In this document: positions 12,001 through 18,937 of the stretch, piece after piece
How the letters are laid out: each line of letters begins with the position of its first letter
Position numbering within the stretch: position 1 is the first letter of the stretch
Source: a virus
IMG/VR virus record: IMGVR_UViG_3300009285_002455
Strand: one strand, 5' to 3'
Length of the DNA stretch: 64,000 nt
Notes under the pieces: generated by a model
What the model saw: the letters and a program-made list of their open reading frames with translations, nothing else
What the model was told of the DNA's origin: nothing
Database searches by the model: none
Made by a program: the position numbers and the translations under genes

Positions 12001-14276
12001 ATACAACTCAACTACAAGAGTTAAATAAAGCTTTAAAGGATAAACCGACAGAGACTACTGCTGTCGATGCTGCTACACCTCTTGTTAAGGCTCGCGGGGG
12101 TTACATTACAGGTCCTGGTGGTCCAAGAGAGGATAAAGTTCCGGCTATGCTTAGTCCAGGAGAATACGTAATACGCGCCCATGCGGCCCAGAAACTTGGT
12201 TATGATACCCTGGACTATATAAATAAAAAAGGTATTATGCCAGGCCTGGCTGACGGCGGCAACGTGTTTTCTGCGTCCGGCGCACAGGACATCCTTACCA
12301 AGCGCAGAAAACAACTAGAAGCCATCATGAAGGAAAATAACCTGGCTGACGGCGGCAACGTGTTTTCTGCGTCCGGCGCACAGGACATCCTTACCAAGCG
12401 CAGAAAACAACTAGAAGCCATCATGAAGGAAAATAACCTGGCTGACGGCGGCAACGTGTTTTCTGCGTCCGGCGCACAGGACATCCTTACCAAGCGCAGA
12501 AAACAACTAGAAGCCATCATGAAGGAAAATAACCTGGCTGACGGCGGTAGTATACCCATGTTTACAGAGAAGGAGGTATTAACTCTGGCTAAAGCAAGGG
12601 CCTCAGTTTTAAATGAAGAGGAACAATTAAGAAAAGGAGTTAAAACTGAAGACTTATTAGGAGCTACTACTTCAAGAGTGTCTTCTGAAGAACAACAACT
12701 TATGACTCAAATGGCAGAAAGAAAAACTACTTTTGGTGAATCTTACAATGCAGGAAGAGTGGGCGCCGCCGAAGAGTATTTTACTGCCACGCGAGATATA
12801 AAGGAAAACGTTAGACGTTTAGCAGCAAATGATGTGGGCACCGAAAAACAAACAAATACTATGACTTTTACACCTAACTACTTATATAAAGGTGCTAAGA
12901 TGTCAAGTATGACCGCAGCAGCAGGCCCAGCTTATCCAGAAGTAGAGCAACTTAGAAATTATCTTGAAGATCCAACTATCATGCGTAATGCCTTATCCCA
13001 TGGTATTGATAAAGAGACAGGTAAGCCTAATGCTGGCTATCTTCCGGAAGAATATGTATGGCAAGCTAGACAGTCATTAAATAAATTTGATAAATTAGTT
13101 ACATCTGGTAATACATTACAAAACAGTCCGGCGCTCCGGGCGTTAAGACACGTACTTGCTGATGTAGAGGATCGTATAGCCTTAACCTCCAATATAGGAA
13201 GGGTTATAGGACTTAGGGATACTGGTAAATTAGATGCAATGTTGCCTATGGGCGGTGCTAAAATTAGTGAAACTGATGAGGGCACATTTTGGAATTATGC
13301 CGGTAATTTGGCAGCCAAACAAAACATGCCAAAAGAGTTGGAGGGTTTATTAACAACAAATGAATTTAGAGCTCTGGCCGTTAAGAGTATTAGTGAAGGT
13401 GACAGCGCACGTGTTAAAACTATTATTGAGGACTATTTAAAGACACGTAATTTAGATGAAAATAGTAATCTTTTAAGCGACACTTTTAAAGGTAATAAGC
13501 AACTTGAAGGTGGAAGATTCATGCCTATTATGCATGACGGCGGCGTAACGAGATCTACTGGTCCTCATTATTTAGAGAAAGGTGAGGTAGTATTGCCAAG
13601 ACGCTTTGCTGATGGTGGCCTTGTTAATAGTGAACTTACTACCAATACAATTACTAATGCCCAACAAAAAAGTATTACACTTACTTGGGATGAAAGTAAA
13701 AAATTACAGGTAGAAGATAGAGTATTACGTGTAGAGGACAAAGAGTTAAAGTTGGCTGATATAGCTCCCTTAAAAGTAGAGGATAAAGTATTTGATGTTA
13801 AATTGGACGATAACGGTATTACTGATAAACTAACTTCTGTAATAAGTAGTATACCAGATAAGATATCTTTGGATTCTTCAAACGTTAAACTAGATACATC
13901 TAATCTAGAAACTATGTTTAAGAACCTGGCGGACTCCATAAATAATACTAAATCCGTAGGTGCTGATAGTACAATTTTAGATACCGCATTAGAAAGTATA
14001 GCTTTTGTTAAAGAGCAAACTGATGAACAAATACACATAATAGATTCTAAGTTAACTAATTTACAGGAATCTTTTGGAAAGGATGTACAGGCTGAGATAA
14101 ATGTACGAATTGCGGAAGTTAAAAAAGATATTTTGAATAATAATTCAAAATTAATTGACTCTTATATAAATAGGCAAAGGACCGACATTAGTAAATTAAA
14201 GTTTGAACTAACATCTATTGATGGGCAATTAAAACGTTTAATGACACTAGTGTATGCTAATAGGAATATAGGCTAA
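15..14276 (+). CDS. giant tail tape-measure protein (probably 5'-truncated by window edge)
   Basis: 4753-aa Ala/Lys/Glu-rich helical ORF. TP901-type tape-measure core at ~3243-4300 (GAIGRAVKWG...AVTFAKQYG...ANVTTLKASEATEALTSAM...FDQLNGIVAAIGSTTRQSGKEVGTSLRFI...LGGTRQYNSLIALMDNW). Several FAxGG/SxxEYV modules typical of TMP C-termini. The frame is open upstream to base 3 (ACA GAA AGC CAA ATG), so the true start may lie outside the window. Confidence 0.88.
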   Translation: MGAYISKHGKGALDLDVGISKLQPGAYGKKEEARYSSSMAKAVATASNLEDELNQLYEVSGSGAYGELVKTSADRLKNSQKDVQAVTAAIANYEPLDIKSIQDSIGKLTELTTGDLATMSPIHTQVFKDRSSAKDLMRMRDVVDYYTTLAGLPVVEPSVLQEIELLGKSELSKMAETKFKDQGLTPEELQTKVDAYVDVFSEKMKALYSLDRALKVFKTSSASGMDVATMLPPVSSGKVRGTTYRSTAGIEAAKVSSPIMEAGIYGSAGGPPPPATPGITTPGAGVPGGPFTFTGGALNVHLQSIAAGIGLFVGDTPQAKTQTTTEPAIDVEQLKKWSAQITGGHNELSGATYATIYRASALAGGGSYKSGFKKEDFSEKELNSRQIAAIVSAMRGESDNIPNDFLEASALVGQAIHAKIQKDIISMDPTAAIEQFVALTTKSGPITGHIDVVMKDETTGEKYPMDIKTVGEGVKKAIGEAIQTSGTSDFPEVYAKLIEKGDKPSLAAAYKLLDVASQLNVYMTAIGATKGEAKYYSSTGKGEDTPEVVKFKQDPALLAKDVDAVAKARRFAGKFRTTGSLEEQTEAAKKASPLNISASDLKRMLDESSKHFESVKTAGGGRQRAASYRPMTPKESEEKIKGFKLDETDSISDIDKLYSPKIAAGKDVWADLENFTTFHTAAKEFQRQVRNINYEEELNSLEKVSKDLSDIIRGTGKTGPDMDRFRKATDKFKQLATDQGGPEGERRAGAQLNKAWKLYRMAEGDYYLSQAKEAKRAYEAASSSKDFEAETASYGKAQSAISRMRKFVSRVAGSRTDIYTEDKKFVMPEMARRLNVYQTPGELATKATTPLGDDKQLQSMFENIVSDLQKDSVMTPAVEKARTAVSTITGSNVKREMIDMMQNAEMLTRMGSDVMHAWDFDLLAEKLSRLRASLERYMKYNLTDDFGAAQKKNLETVIKYLKSVENSYTMINQSANKDWGEAGTVPVPKWLAPKEQLAMHTSNVEKVKEYFEKPQESGGARVGEVRSYPIKVLDQTGQVVRNVVVDFAKYGKSLSDITIKERDLASAMQGSNSGFRGAIGRAVKWGAASTVVYGGFAQLKQAISTLAEIEYSLATLKMMLNPLSSDINGLSAAAVTFAKQYGVGITDVLQSMNVFAQQGLTQAEIIDRTKVSTLAANVTTLKASEATEALTSAMKIYQEEGNSAMRFLDAWSEVEAKSAITAGDLANAIQKSASAAKIAGVTFDQLNGIVAAIGSTTRQSGKEVGTSLRFILRRLSAEKGPEQLGKLGIPVMESTGQLRSGFSVLDDLSKKWKDLSNAQKLATSQALGGTRQYNSLIALMDNWDQALRATKESMNSKGSAERRNAELMGTYRKQLEQTKVALVELQMSIGKVALPAFKIGLSGVKTFLETLSAIPDPIKAAGAAFVALLTYMTKGQQLAESLGDMLAGGKDFLGISGAGEQFTKELAKTKYELFGLGGGKLATAGLKTLGKFTTTDASGGKTDVTRGTKLSDFHSSFGRLSFKLQEVGKVFNSFVADSVSTTGKGIASFGAAGKTVGTKLSSTAGIGETIETIRKRNSMTKEDIEKTVKELGIHQALKKLVSGGLAMGAEVAGMGSYLGGMAVKGFGDSLGDIGKKLTENLATDDTSFIAAVAPLLTTIAALVPAIKVLGDQYGRMTQSAQDYANAMYSMRSIQEDNLTNIKNMAASYDVLQSKIEDLNKLNDPATKERRKSLNTYEAPIITLGRAQEDVISLANQLAESNSNLVLGYDKVGNAVLKASTNFDEYFKVLDKSRTKQLAESEVDVASKFIEDLTKTGGSENTKKMIKDIASEVPIIGEMLAKGIKVAPAKAIAEVTAQLNNLLSIKAKSPMSSAVDKDIKKYQETLKALRNDYAATYKEFSNVLGNINTKGLDPNEIAKIFADPRLKEGYDVILNMEPRLNIAGLKGKINWQDVLGQTVMQRALPSAKSLDFTKELTKGKLESAGLFERQGKVLNNDIVLFMDDVAAKYNMAGKQAIVKLKETSDGVFEWVAQYFNTKTLKVEERAFDKDMQQLVENIFPANHIQDEITDKIEILNEFVAGAGAGIRAISAKDFKKEFDLGERFFSDIATTTLLQSGKGFTPTASTGKGFGESPFQKSWKKDFEEYYAKPMIKFRSYMEDLDKLKVEGLDEGSVTIANDLYKELENLTTILKNNQVVMQYRAVLADLTKTFESGKRAIEENIAVERSRQEVFKGTTGYLKGISEGLDTFDTGGPKYKDLTVQQRTLIGSEDYRNLAAQLKELDIQKQGASEGMYSSDKALVALDSIAAVSKGFGSVLTKDEMQNFTETVARTGDTGYAELKIETSRVATNTADTVTKLEDILMALGSPGELDKQLEKYMSASSPQDLLTGLERVAEMRDRASATGNSDMVIEANKVLDVMTKNLTSQLGVDRTLKEIGSQNVFGAKNYTATEASQRMFSGLDFRDFVTQMKDVVPEESKWFGLKTVPNKPTFTADVEAINKLQTANQQTQFIDDKTVMKATAAASVASAFQKAGENATVKKLDEQLQVLRAQLAAEEAKPAVNQNKGLIEDLKTQEKTLTTSREDTAAKATLYGAVTTMTASKTAIMEFAKSLGFADDTIKKLGAGTVATYAALLVFSKLLGTDLSEATKNYGKVLKDVATGVANTGEAPSLSQAIKLKRAEKNFYEDYEKNKTQYGFADGGRVFGEGTPTSDSINAKLSKDEYVLDAATARRAGYARLDKFSKTHNPEDLTGFATGGAVKNSLIESKDELKNKADLLRKVNDILKDYPELSDVLKGSEEMALDVLKEKYPEVHKAVTTLSKIKVGKGEEATLNLPDDLKKLLDAVNFKMATGGPIAGEGTGTSDDILARVSNGEYIIKADSAKHLGQSKLDYINEYGKLPTFATGGAVAGPITDPDINRPAQVLATAAAATMAGYLAESNEKLTEIATASKKSAAESTLIADLIQKNTSSAQKIFNTLNEQAIKNATTDKILQGTEVKSKVLDVDAEKKKVEQAIKDMKEVYKQQAQVINKQAADMQEQMLKLEMAEELEKELNDMAAAISNVEITANAKNRFSKLVEESMTYGVKSFVRPSFWSSNFAVPQPGGLLGGKYNPPQVDLGVRSTRDMTTEQYLLFKDKELVSKAKNLSEVGKNFFTNLGRLFTDLDFFAKDLNFESVATFINSLASIQDPRKGVKLEKVFTINKYQKAETSFKALEKAQSKTDLMQSKLTELYIEKQELDALDKTVGLSSKEKKRFKNVDILIDEYEHAIKGQVSKIKNIKIDLEPVIIEGTFKKARSERANTELVEDFSSITRSISQSKTSMTAAMNPELSGFRGDLQFKRKDAELSDQEYFFKSSQGTTKNTIDQLKSAQALTENVSKKIADREQLITDIRLKLLDAGDKETNQTKAYKDEILKLSDETSDLTEDFETLKNSMESLGSITQTVFDTGKSLRVFNESFKSLSVQGFSAGLEGTRNLKLAMDSLVGASGPFAKRMVTPTQQIDALMGGGISLSKFADEFEIRTADLYTQLFSGNLKGNDLQKVIDQITHMPQEKARVREEQDLVKQFQGLDTMVNAINSMEDTLIERISFGNEDAGTKAYYAGSLKQLEELKNSQATFIKSETTIGAVKEKAKAQYGEGTIEYQRYMSQFGGMAESTRAVAITPEVKEGFARIQHDLEKTLMNSDPVVKELINIQKILETLAEKLGVPSSELRQLFKTPGETDKLLPTLETAKFQSPVQKYVSEVEQNSMAGLVAANKALDALSVPTGNLVIELGRVIPKFVEYNNALGNAIVNLTSRAVGAAIKDINIVPPGVAQEKAVKEKATFIGTKMAEQQGFDVNDPIIKARINQFAAGQAMFISEQERQNARNKPSVFTDTPTKDFVSKGTLSLGASALAAMGPDIALLAEFFMGPQAATLLTAAPLAVGAGVEGYNFAAPKADYLMSLKETNDLLTKAEKDAASRGDLFEKPSLNLPDLENLHLADDAYFKAQIEALYNNTTQLQELNKALKDKPTETTAVDAATPLVKARGGYITGPGGPREDKVPAMLSPGEYVIRAHAAQKLGYDTLDYINKKGIMPGLADGGNVFSASGAQDILTKRRKQLEAIMKENNLADGGNVFSASGAQDILTKRRKQLEAIMKENNLADGGNVFSASGAQDILTKRRKQLEAIMKENNLADGGSIPMFTEKEVLTLAKARASVLNEEEQLRKGVKTEDLLGATTSRVSSEEQQLMTQMAERKTTFGESYNAGRVGAAEEYFTATRDIKENVRRLAANDVGTEKQTNTMTFTPNYLYKGAKMSSMTAAAGPAYPEVEQLRNYLEDPTIMRNALSHGIDKETGKPNAGYLPEEYVWQARQSLNKFDKLVTSGNTLQNSPALRALRHVLADVEDRIALTSNIGRVIGLRDTGKLDAMLPMGGAKISETDEGTFWNYAGNLAAKQNMPKELEGLLTTNEFRALAVKSISEGDSARVKTIIEDYLKTRNLDENSNLLSDTFKGNKQLEGGRFMPIMHDGGVTRSTGPHYLEKGEVVLPRRFADGGLVNSELTTNTITNAQQKSITLTWDESKKLQVEDRVLRVEDKELKLADIAPLKVEDKVFDVKLDDNGITDKLTSVISSIPDKISLDSSNVKLDTSNLETMFKNLADSINNTKSVGADSTILDTALESIAFVKEQTDEQIHIIDSKLTNLQESFGKDVQAEINVRIAEVKKDILNNNSKLIDSYINRQRTDISKLKFELTSIDGQLKRLMTLVYANRNIG
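1080..1720 (+). other. PD-(D/E)XK (RecB/Cas4-like) nuclease domain inside the tape-measure protein
   Basis: Ordered motifs IYRASAL (1080), GQAIH (1251), IEQF (E at 1314), GHID (D at 1365), DIKT (D 1410, K 1416) and QLNVY (1566). The order matches the stand-alone nuclease at 58869 (ISATRI, GTAVH, LETPF, GAID, DYKT, QLSMY). Confidence 0.75.
12245..12547 (+). repeat. perfect in-frame tandem repeat, 3 x 96 bp + 15 bp
   Basis: The unit starting cctggctgacggcggcaacgtg recurs at 12245, 12341 and 12437, with a partial copy at 12533. It encodes LADGGNVFSASGAQDILTKRRKQLEAIMKENN. 50 of 96 bases are G+C. Confidence 0.97.
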
Positions 14277-14280
14277 ATAC

Positions 14281-16464
14281 ATGGCACTTACTGAATATAG
14301 AATACCTAATGATGTACATCAAAAGGCCGATGGTACTTGGACCAATTACCATATAATTAATGGTTTGCCAGTAAATTATGCTGATTTAGATCAAGAGCTT
14401 TCTGATTTAATGTCACAACAAAGTACTGGCCCCTTAGTTAGTACTATCCTTAATACTTTTGGTATACCATCAGATTTATCTGCTTTGGGTATTGATCCTA
14501 GTGGGGAACTCCTTGGTGTGGACATCAAAGATGTTGATACAATGTCTGCCATAAAAATGTCATTAATAGAACCCTTTGCTAAGGGATTATATAACAACCC
14601 ATTAGAGATTGTAGTTACTCCTGAAGGTAATGTTAGTATAATAGAAATAGGTTCTATGTCTGGTGGTATAACTGATGTATACACAAGTGTAGTATCCACC
14701 ACATTTGATGTTCCTGAGATAAGTGTTAAAGTCACAGGTAAAAAACCCAGATCAAAAAGAGAAGTACGCGACTGGGTAAATTTACTCTATAATGTACAAG
14801 AAGTTAATTCCGAAGAAGGTATGTCAATAGAAGAGTCGGAATACAGCCTAGCTCAGGCTTTGATTTGGGACACTAGTCAAATATCTAGTGATTGCCCGCT
14901 AGTCACATACAAAAGACACGCAGTGGTAACATTTAAAGATCCTAATTTAAATGCTTGGGCAGTTAATGATGGTGTTGAAAGTATATATGAAGTACAATCT
15001 GTTTGGGAAAAAGTAGTCGGTTGGTTATGGTATTTAGACCCAGGACCAAAAGTTGATAGACTTACAAAAGTATCGGTCAAACAACAATCCTCAGTGCCAT
15101 ACCTACTTGCAGGTCCCAAAGGAATTATTAGTGCTAAGGCTGTACCAATAAATAATAATTCGGTTAATATCGGCGTATTAAAAAAACGTGATGTGTGGAT
15201 TGGACTTCAACCACAATCTACACCAGAAAATGGATGCTATGAAGGATTAAGCTACGAAATAAGTTGCGATGGTACAGAAACTATACCTATAAGCTTACCA
15301 AATAGTTTAAGATACACGACTGTTAGGAATGTGCAGACAGATAATTTAATTAGAGTTTCTAAAATATTTGTAGTCGGGCAAGAGCTGTCCATGTGCAAAT
15401 CATTCCCTAAAAATGACGAAGTTGTGGCTAATTTTTTAAAATCCCAAAGTAATGAAGAAAAATTAGAGTTACTAAAACAAACTGAGGTTTTTGTAATAGC
15501 TAATGATTTAACTCCAAAAGCTTACGTATTAGAAGAAGGAGTAGATTATGGTATTGGCTATAATATCGACACAGGTCAATTATGTATTCAGGTAATCAAT
15601 AATGCACACGCCTATGACTGGGGTACGTATGGAACAGATGTTTCCTTTAAGCTGCACCCTAACTGTATTTTAGCTAATGAACCAAACTCTGATCCTGGTG
15701 TAGGTAAAGGCACTTTAATACCAAAAGAAGGTGCTGGTTATTTAGTACAACAACTTTGGGCACAGATTGATTTAAATATACCTTCTGTGGAGATATATGA
15801 TCCTCACGGCCGCGCACTGGAAATAGCACAAGATTTACGTTTAGAAATAGCACCAATTGTTGTTATAGATGATCCAGCCCCAATAGCCATTAATGGTGAG
15901 CTAGTAGATCAAGCATCTGCCATAGTAGATTCAGACCCAACTACTGTACAGGCATTACAAGACAGTGATTATGAAATAAAAATGCGAGCATTAAATGGGA
16001 CACAAATATTTGAAACAAATATGGCTACTTTATCAGAACAAGAAACAATTAATTTTTCTTATAGATTAAAGGAAATACTAAATAGAGATAAGACATTAGA
16101 GATAAGTTATGTTTGTGGTCCTAACTGTAACCCACAATTAGGTGGTACTGGGCTACAAGGGGGTGTAATTAATAATATAACCTATTCCTATACAGATATG
16201 GGTTCTTACACAATATCCGTAACAGAAGGCCCTTATATACCCAACACCGGTTTGATATCTGGGGTAACCGGTGGACAATACACAAAACAAGTTGAGTCTA
16301 TTACAGAAAATGGTATAGTAATACAAGATGAAGGTAACTGCCTTAGATATAAAGTTTTAGTAGCTGGGATAGGCATTGTAACGGCTTACAGCGCTATATC
16401 AGATATCATAAGAGTTGGTGATGAAGTAGTAGTAAAAATATATAATGTTCCTATGGAATCATAA
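14281..16464 (+). CDS. putative tail hub/baseplate structural protein
   Basis: 727-aa ORF directly after the tape measure. Beta-rich, with a C-terminal OB-fold-like segment (RYKVLV...IIRVGDEVVVKIY). Assignment rests mainly on position. Confidence 0.45.
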   Translation: MALTEYRIPNDVHQKADGTWTNYHIINGLPVNYADLDQELSDLMSQQSTGPLVSTILNTFGIPSDLSALGIDPSGELLGVDIKDVDTMSAIKMSLIEPFAKGLYNNPLEIVVTPEGNVSIIEIGSMSGGITDVYTSVVSTTFDVPEISVKVTGKKPRSKREVRDWVNLLYNVQEVNSEEGMSIEESEYSLAQALIWDTSQISSDCPLVTYKRHAVVTFKDPNLNAWAVNDGVESIYEVQSVWEKVVGWLWYLDPGPKVDRLTKVSVKQQSSVPYLLAGPKGIISAKAVPINNNSVNIGVLKKRDVWIGLQPQSTPENGCYEGLSYEISCDGTETIPISLPNSLRYTTVRNVQTDNLIRVSKIFVVGQELSMCKSFPKNDEVVANFLKSQSNEEKLELLKQTEVFVIANDLTPKAYVLEEGVDYGIGYNIDTGQLCIQVINNAHAYDWGTYGTDVSFKLHPNCILANEPNSDPGVGKGTLIPKEGAGYLVQQLWAQIDLNIPSVEIYDPHGRALEIAQDLRLEIAPIVVIDDPAPIAINGELVDQASAIVDSDPTTVQALQDSDYEIKMRALNGTQIFETNMATLSEQETINFSYRLKEILNRDKTLEISYVCGPNCNPQLGGTGLQGGVINNITYSYTDMGSYTISVTEGPYIPNTGLISGVTGGQYTKQVESITENGIVIQDEGNCLRYKVLVAGIGIVTAYSAISDIIRVGDEVVVKIYNVPMES

Positions 16465-16475
16465 GGAGAATATAA

Positions 16476-17069
16476 ATGGCCATAGATTTAATTCACATTA
16501 GGGCTAAAATAGTTTGTAAAGAGACTGAACTAGAAATAGTAACTCCTTATATACAATCTTTTAGTATTAATAAAAGCAGAGGCACAACGTCTAATTTTAA
16601 TGCCTCCTTAAAAGTATTAGGTGAAAATCTAAGTGCGGTAACTGGAGAAGTAGCCATATATGCTGGAACACAGGATGATATGCCATTAATTTTTACAGGA
16701 TTCATAAAAAAAGTTGTTCCTTCCCCAGTATGGGATGACCCAGCATATTTAATGTTGAATATAAGTGGAACAGATGTTTTATATAGATTAGAGAATAAAC
16801 GATTTACTAGAAGACAGACCTATTCTGACTCTGCTTGGGCCACTATTACTTCTGTACGTGATGGGCTTAAAAGCAGTAGATTAAAATATGCGCCACAAGA
16901 ACCAAGACTAATTCCTACAAAAGAAGGTTTAATAGACGAAAACACACAAACACTAGCAACCAAGGATAATCCAGCAAAACTATCTACTGATAGAGATATA
17001 CCTAGTGTTAATATGGAGGCGGTCATTGGTTATACTGATTCGTCGGTTGTGGGGCCTGAGGCGGAATAA
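16476..17069 (+). CDS. putative baseplate hub (gpD/gp27-like N-terminal) protein
   Basis: AAGGAG RBS. Pattern IQSFSINKSRG...FNASLKV...VAIYAG...IFTGFIKKV...ISGTDVLYRL resembles phage late-control D/hub proteins. Confidence 0.45.
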   Translation: MAIDLIHIRAKIVCKETELEIVTPYIQSFSINKSRGTTSNFNASLKVLGENLSAVTGEVAIYAGTQDDMPLIFTGFIKKVVPSPVWDDPAYLMLNISGTDVLYRLENKRFTRRQTYSDSAWATITSVRDGLKSSRLKYAPQEPRLIPTKEGLIDENTQTLATKDNPAKLSTDRDIPSVNMEAVIGYTDSSVVGPEAE

Positions 17070-17476
17070 TGGCTACCATTAATTTAATATCTACAAGTTT
17101 AACTCCGGGTATGTATATAGACCTTAAAATCCCGGCTGTTACTGAAACACAACATCATCCAAACGGCTTATTTCCTGAATTTAGGGAGGTAACTATGACT
17201 GGTGGTAAAAAATTACCTATAAGAGGTTTTGTTGTAGAGAATGAAGCGGTTGGAGAAGTTACCGCAGTAACTTATGATGAAACAAGTGTTAGGTACACAC
17301 ATAATAAACCATATCCAAATAGGATATACTTTTTTGCATTAAATGACGCTAATACATATATTGTAAATATAGTAGCAGTACCAATACACGACCACTCTTC
17401 TATTGCTCAAGGTGGCCCGGCATATGGTACTTACTTTACCGATTATACACCAGCACCTACGGCGGGGAATCCATAA
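17069..17476 (+). CDS. hypothetical virion-module protein
   Basis: 135 aa, TAATG overlaps with both neighbours (translational coupling). Confidence 0.6.
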   Translation: MATINLISTSLTPGMYIDLKIPAVTETQHHPNGLFPEFREVTMTGGKKLPIRGFVVENEAVGEVTAVTYDETSVRYTHNKPYPNRIYFFALNDANTYIVNIVAVPIHDHSSIAQGGPAYGTYFTDYTPAPTAGNP

Positions 17477-18099
17477 TGGCTGATAGTACTTGTTGTAAAT
17501 TAGTTGGGGCTTTTCCAGGACTAGACAGATGTCTAATATCTATTAGCTCCAGAATAAATACAGAAGTATCAAAAGTAGCAGGTAATTTGATAATAGGCCC
17601 TACTATCGGTGTGGTATCTATATCAGCGTATATAAATAATAACACACACGTAGGTTGTCCTGGTAGAATTAATGTCTCTATTCCATGGCTAAGAAAATAT
17701 AATTGTGACAAAGACATTATATATTTTTTATACCAAGGCGAAGGGCAGGCCAGTATAGCAGGCGATGTAGAGGATTTAGGTTTTCTTAATATACCTGCAG
17801 TTTCATATAGAACCATTAATGCCTCTGCTTCTTCTGGGCCGGCGTCTATCTATGAAGATGAGATACAGTATGATGGGTACGGTTTGAGATATATAGGTGC
17901 TCCTTGGTCTTTTAATACAAATAACAGCGACACATTAATTATAGATACAGGTATAGCTGATTATGGTAATTTAAATTTACAAAGTTTTTCAGCACAATTC
18001 CAACCAGGGCAACTACCTACTGCTAACTATGAATTTGTTTACGCTAATAATTTTTCTGCTAGTTCGAGCGATGTGAAATTTGTAAAATATGATACTTAA
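17476..18099 (+). CDS. hypothetical tail-tip/tube-fold-like protein
   Basis: 207 aa, coupled to the upstream gene, beta-strand-rich. Function inferred from context only. Confidence 0.5.
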   Translation: MADSTCCKLVGAFPGLDRCLISISSRINTEVSKVAGNLIIGPTIGVVSISAYINNNTHVGCPGRINVSIPWLRKYNCDKDIIYFLYQGEGQASIAGDVEDLGFLNIPAVSYRTINASASSGPASIYEDEIQYDGYGLRYIGAPWSFNTNNSDTLIIDTGIADYGNLNLQSFSAQFQPGQLPTANYEFVYANNFSASSSDVKFVKYDT

Positions 18100-18114
18100 T
18101 GAGAGGTATTAATC

Positions 18115-18438
18115 ATGAAAGACGGCGCTAGTACAGTTAAATATACAGGATACACATATAAATTACGTAGTGGATCGCCTATGTCCAAAGGGGCACAAGG
18201 GGCAGGGTCGTTTTATGTGCATACTTTTATGGCCGAAAAAACACAGAATGACACATATTTATATTCAGAATATTTACCAGAGAGTGAAGATTTTAGAGGA
18301 CAATTTGGAGAACTTACTTCCGCTAGTTTTAATAGACTAAACGATAGAAGTGGTTCCGTTTTCTCAGGAAAAACCACATTTAATTCAGAGTATGTAGAGG
18401 AAGATGAAGCCATTACTGGTAATGTGGGAGATTTTTAA
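18115..18438 (+). CDS. hypothetical protein
   Basis: GAGAGG RBS, 107-aa ORF in the co-oriented cluster. Confidence 0.6.
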   Translation: MKDGASTVKYTGYTYKLRSGSPMSKGAQGAGSFYVHTFMAEKTQNDTYLYSEYLPESEDFRGQFGELTSASFNRLNDRSGSVFSGKTTFNSEYVEEDEAITGNVGDF

Positions 18439-18441
18439 TTT

Positions 18442-18693
18442 ATGGCTGAGTACATTGAATTCATAGATTGCACCACTTTATCCATAAGTTATGATGTAAT
18501 GGGTATAGCTACTGTATCCTATACTTTAATATCAAATTATCCAGGTATACGTTATTGGCACCCAATAGACGCAGCTGACCAGACTTTTACTGGGTATGTG
18601 GCATCAATAGACATGAATCCGATAGTTGATACAGAGGGCTTTAATGAAAACCATGTGACATTAATAACAACTACTGATGGAGGTTTTGTTTAA
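18442..18693 (+). CDS. hypothetical protein
   Basis: GGGAG RBS, 83 aa, TAATG-coupled to the next gene. Confidence 0.6.
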   Translation: MAEYIEFIDCTTLSISYDVMGIATVSYTLISNYPGIRYWHPIDAADQTFTGYVASIDMNPIVDTEGFNENHVTLITTTDGGFV

Positions 18694-18899
18694 TGGCTTG
18701 CGGCGCTTGTGGTAGAAGACATAATAAAGACAATAATATTGAAAAAAGTAAAAGCATTACTGATGGCTATAAATATCTTACGGACAGACAGATTAAAGCC
18801 AGGTTAGAAGTTTATAAACGCAGATTTTGTAAAGATTGCTCTACACGTTATACCTGTGATTATACAGTATACTTTAACTGTTTAGAGAGATTAAAATAA
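18693..18899 (+). CDS. small Cys-rich basic protein (possible Zn-binding)
   Basis: MACGACGRR...CKDC...C...C, 68 aa, coupled start. Confidence 0.55.
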   Translation: MACGACGRRHNKDNNIEKSKSITDGYKYLTDRQIKARLEVYKRRFCKDCSTRYTCDYTVYFNCLERLK

Positions 18900-18937
18900 A
18901 GTAACCTTTGTAAAAGTAAGTAATAAGGAGGCAGTTT

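Noticed and set aside
12245-12547. CRISPR-like array
   Set aside because: Units are head-to-tail identical with no unique spacers and are in frame within a coding gene.
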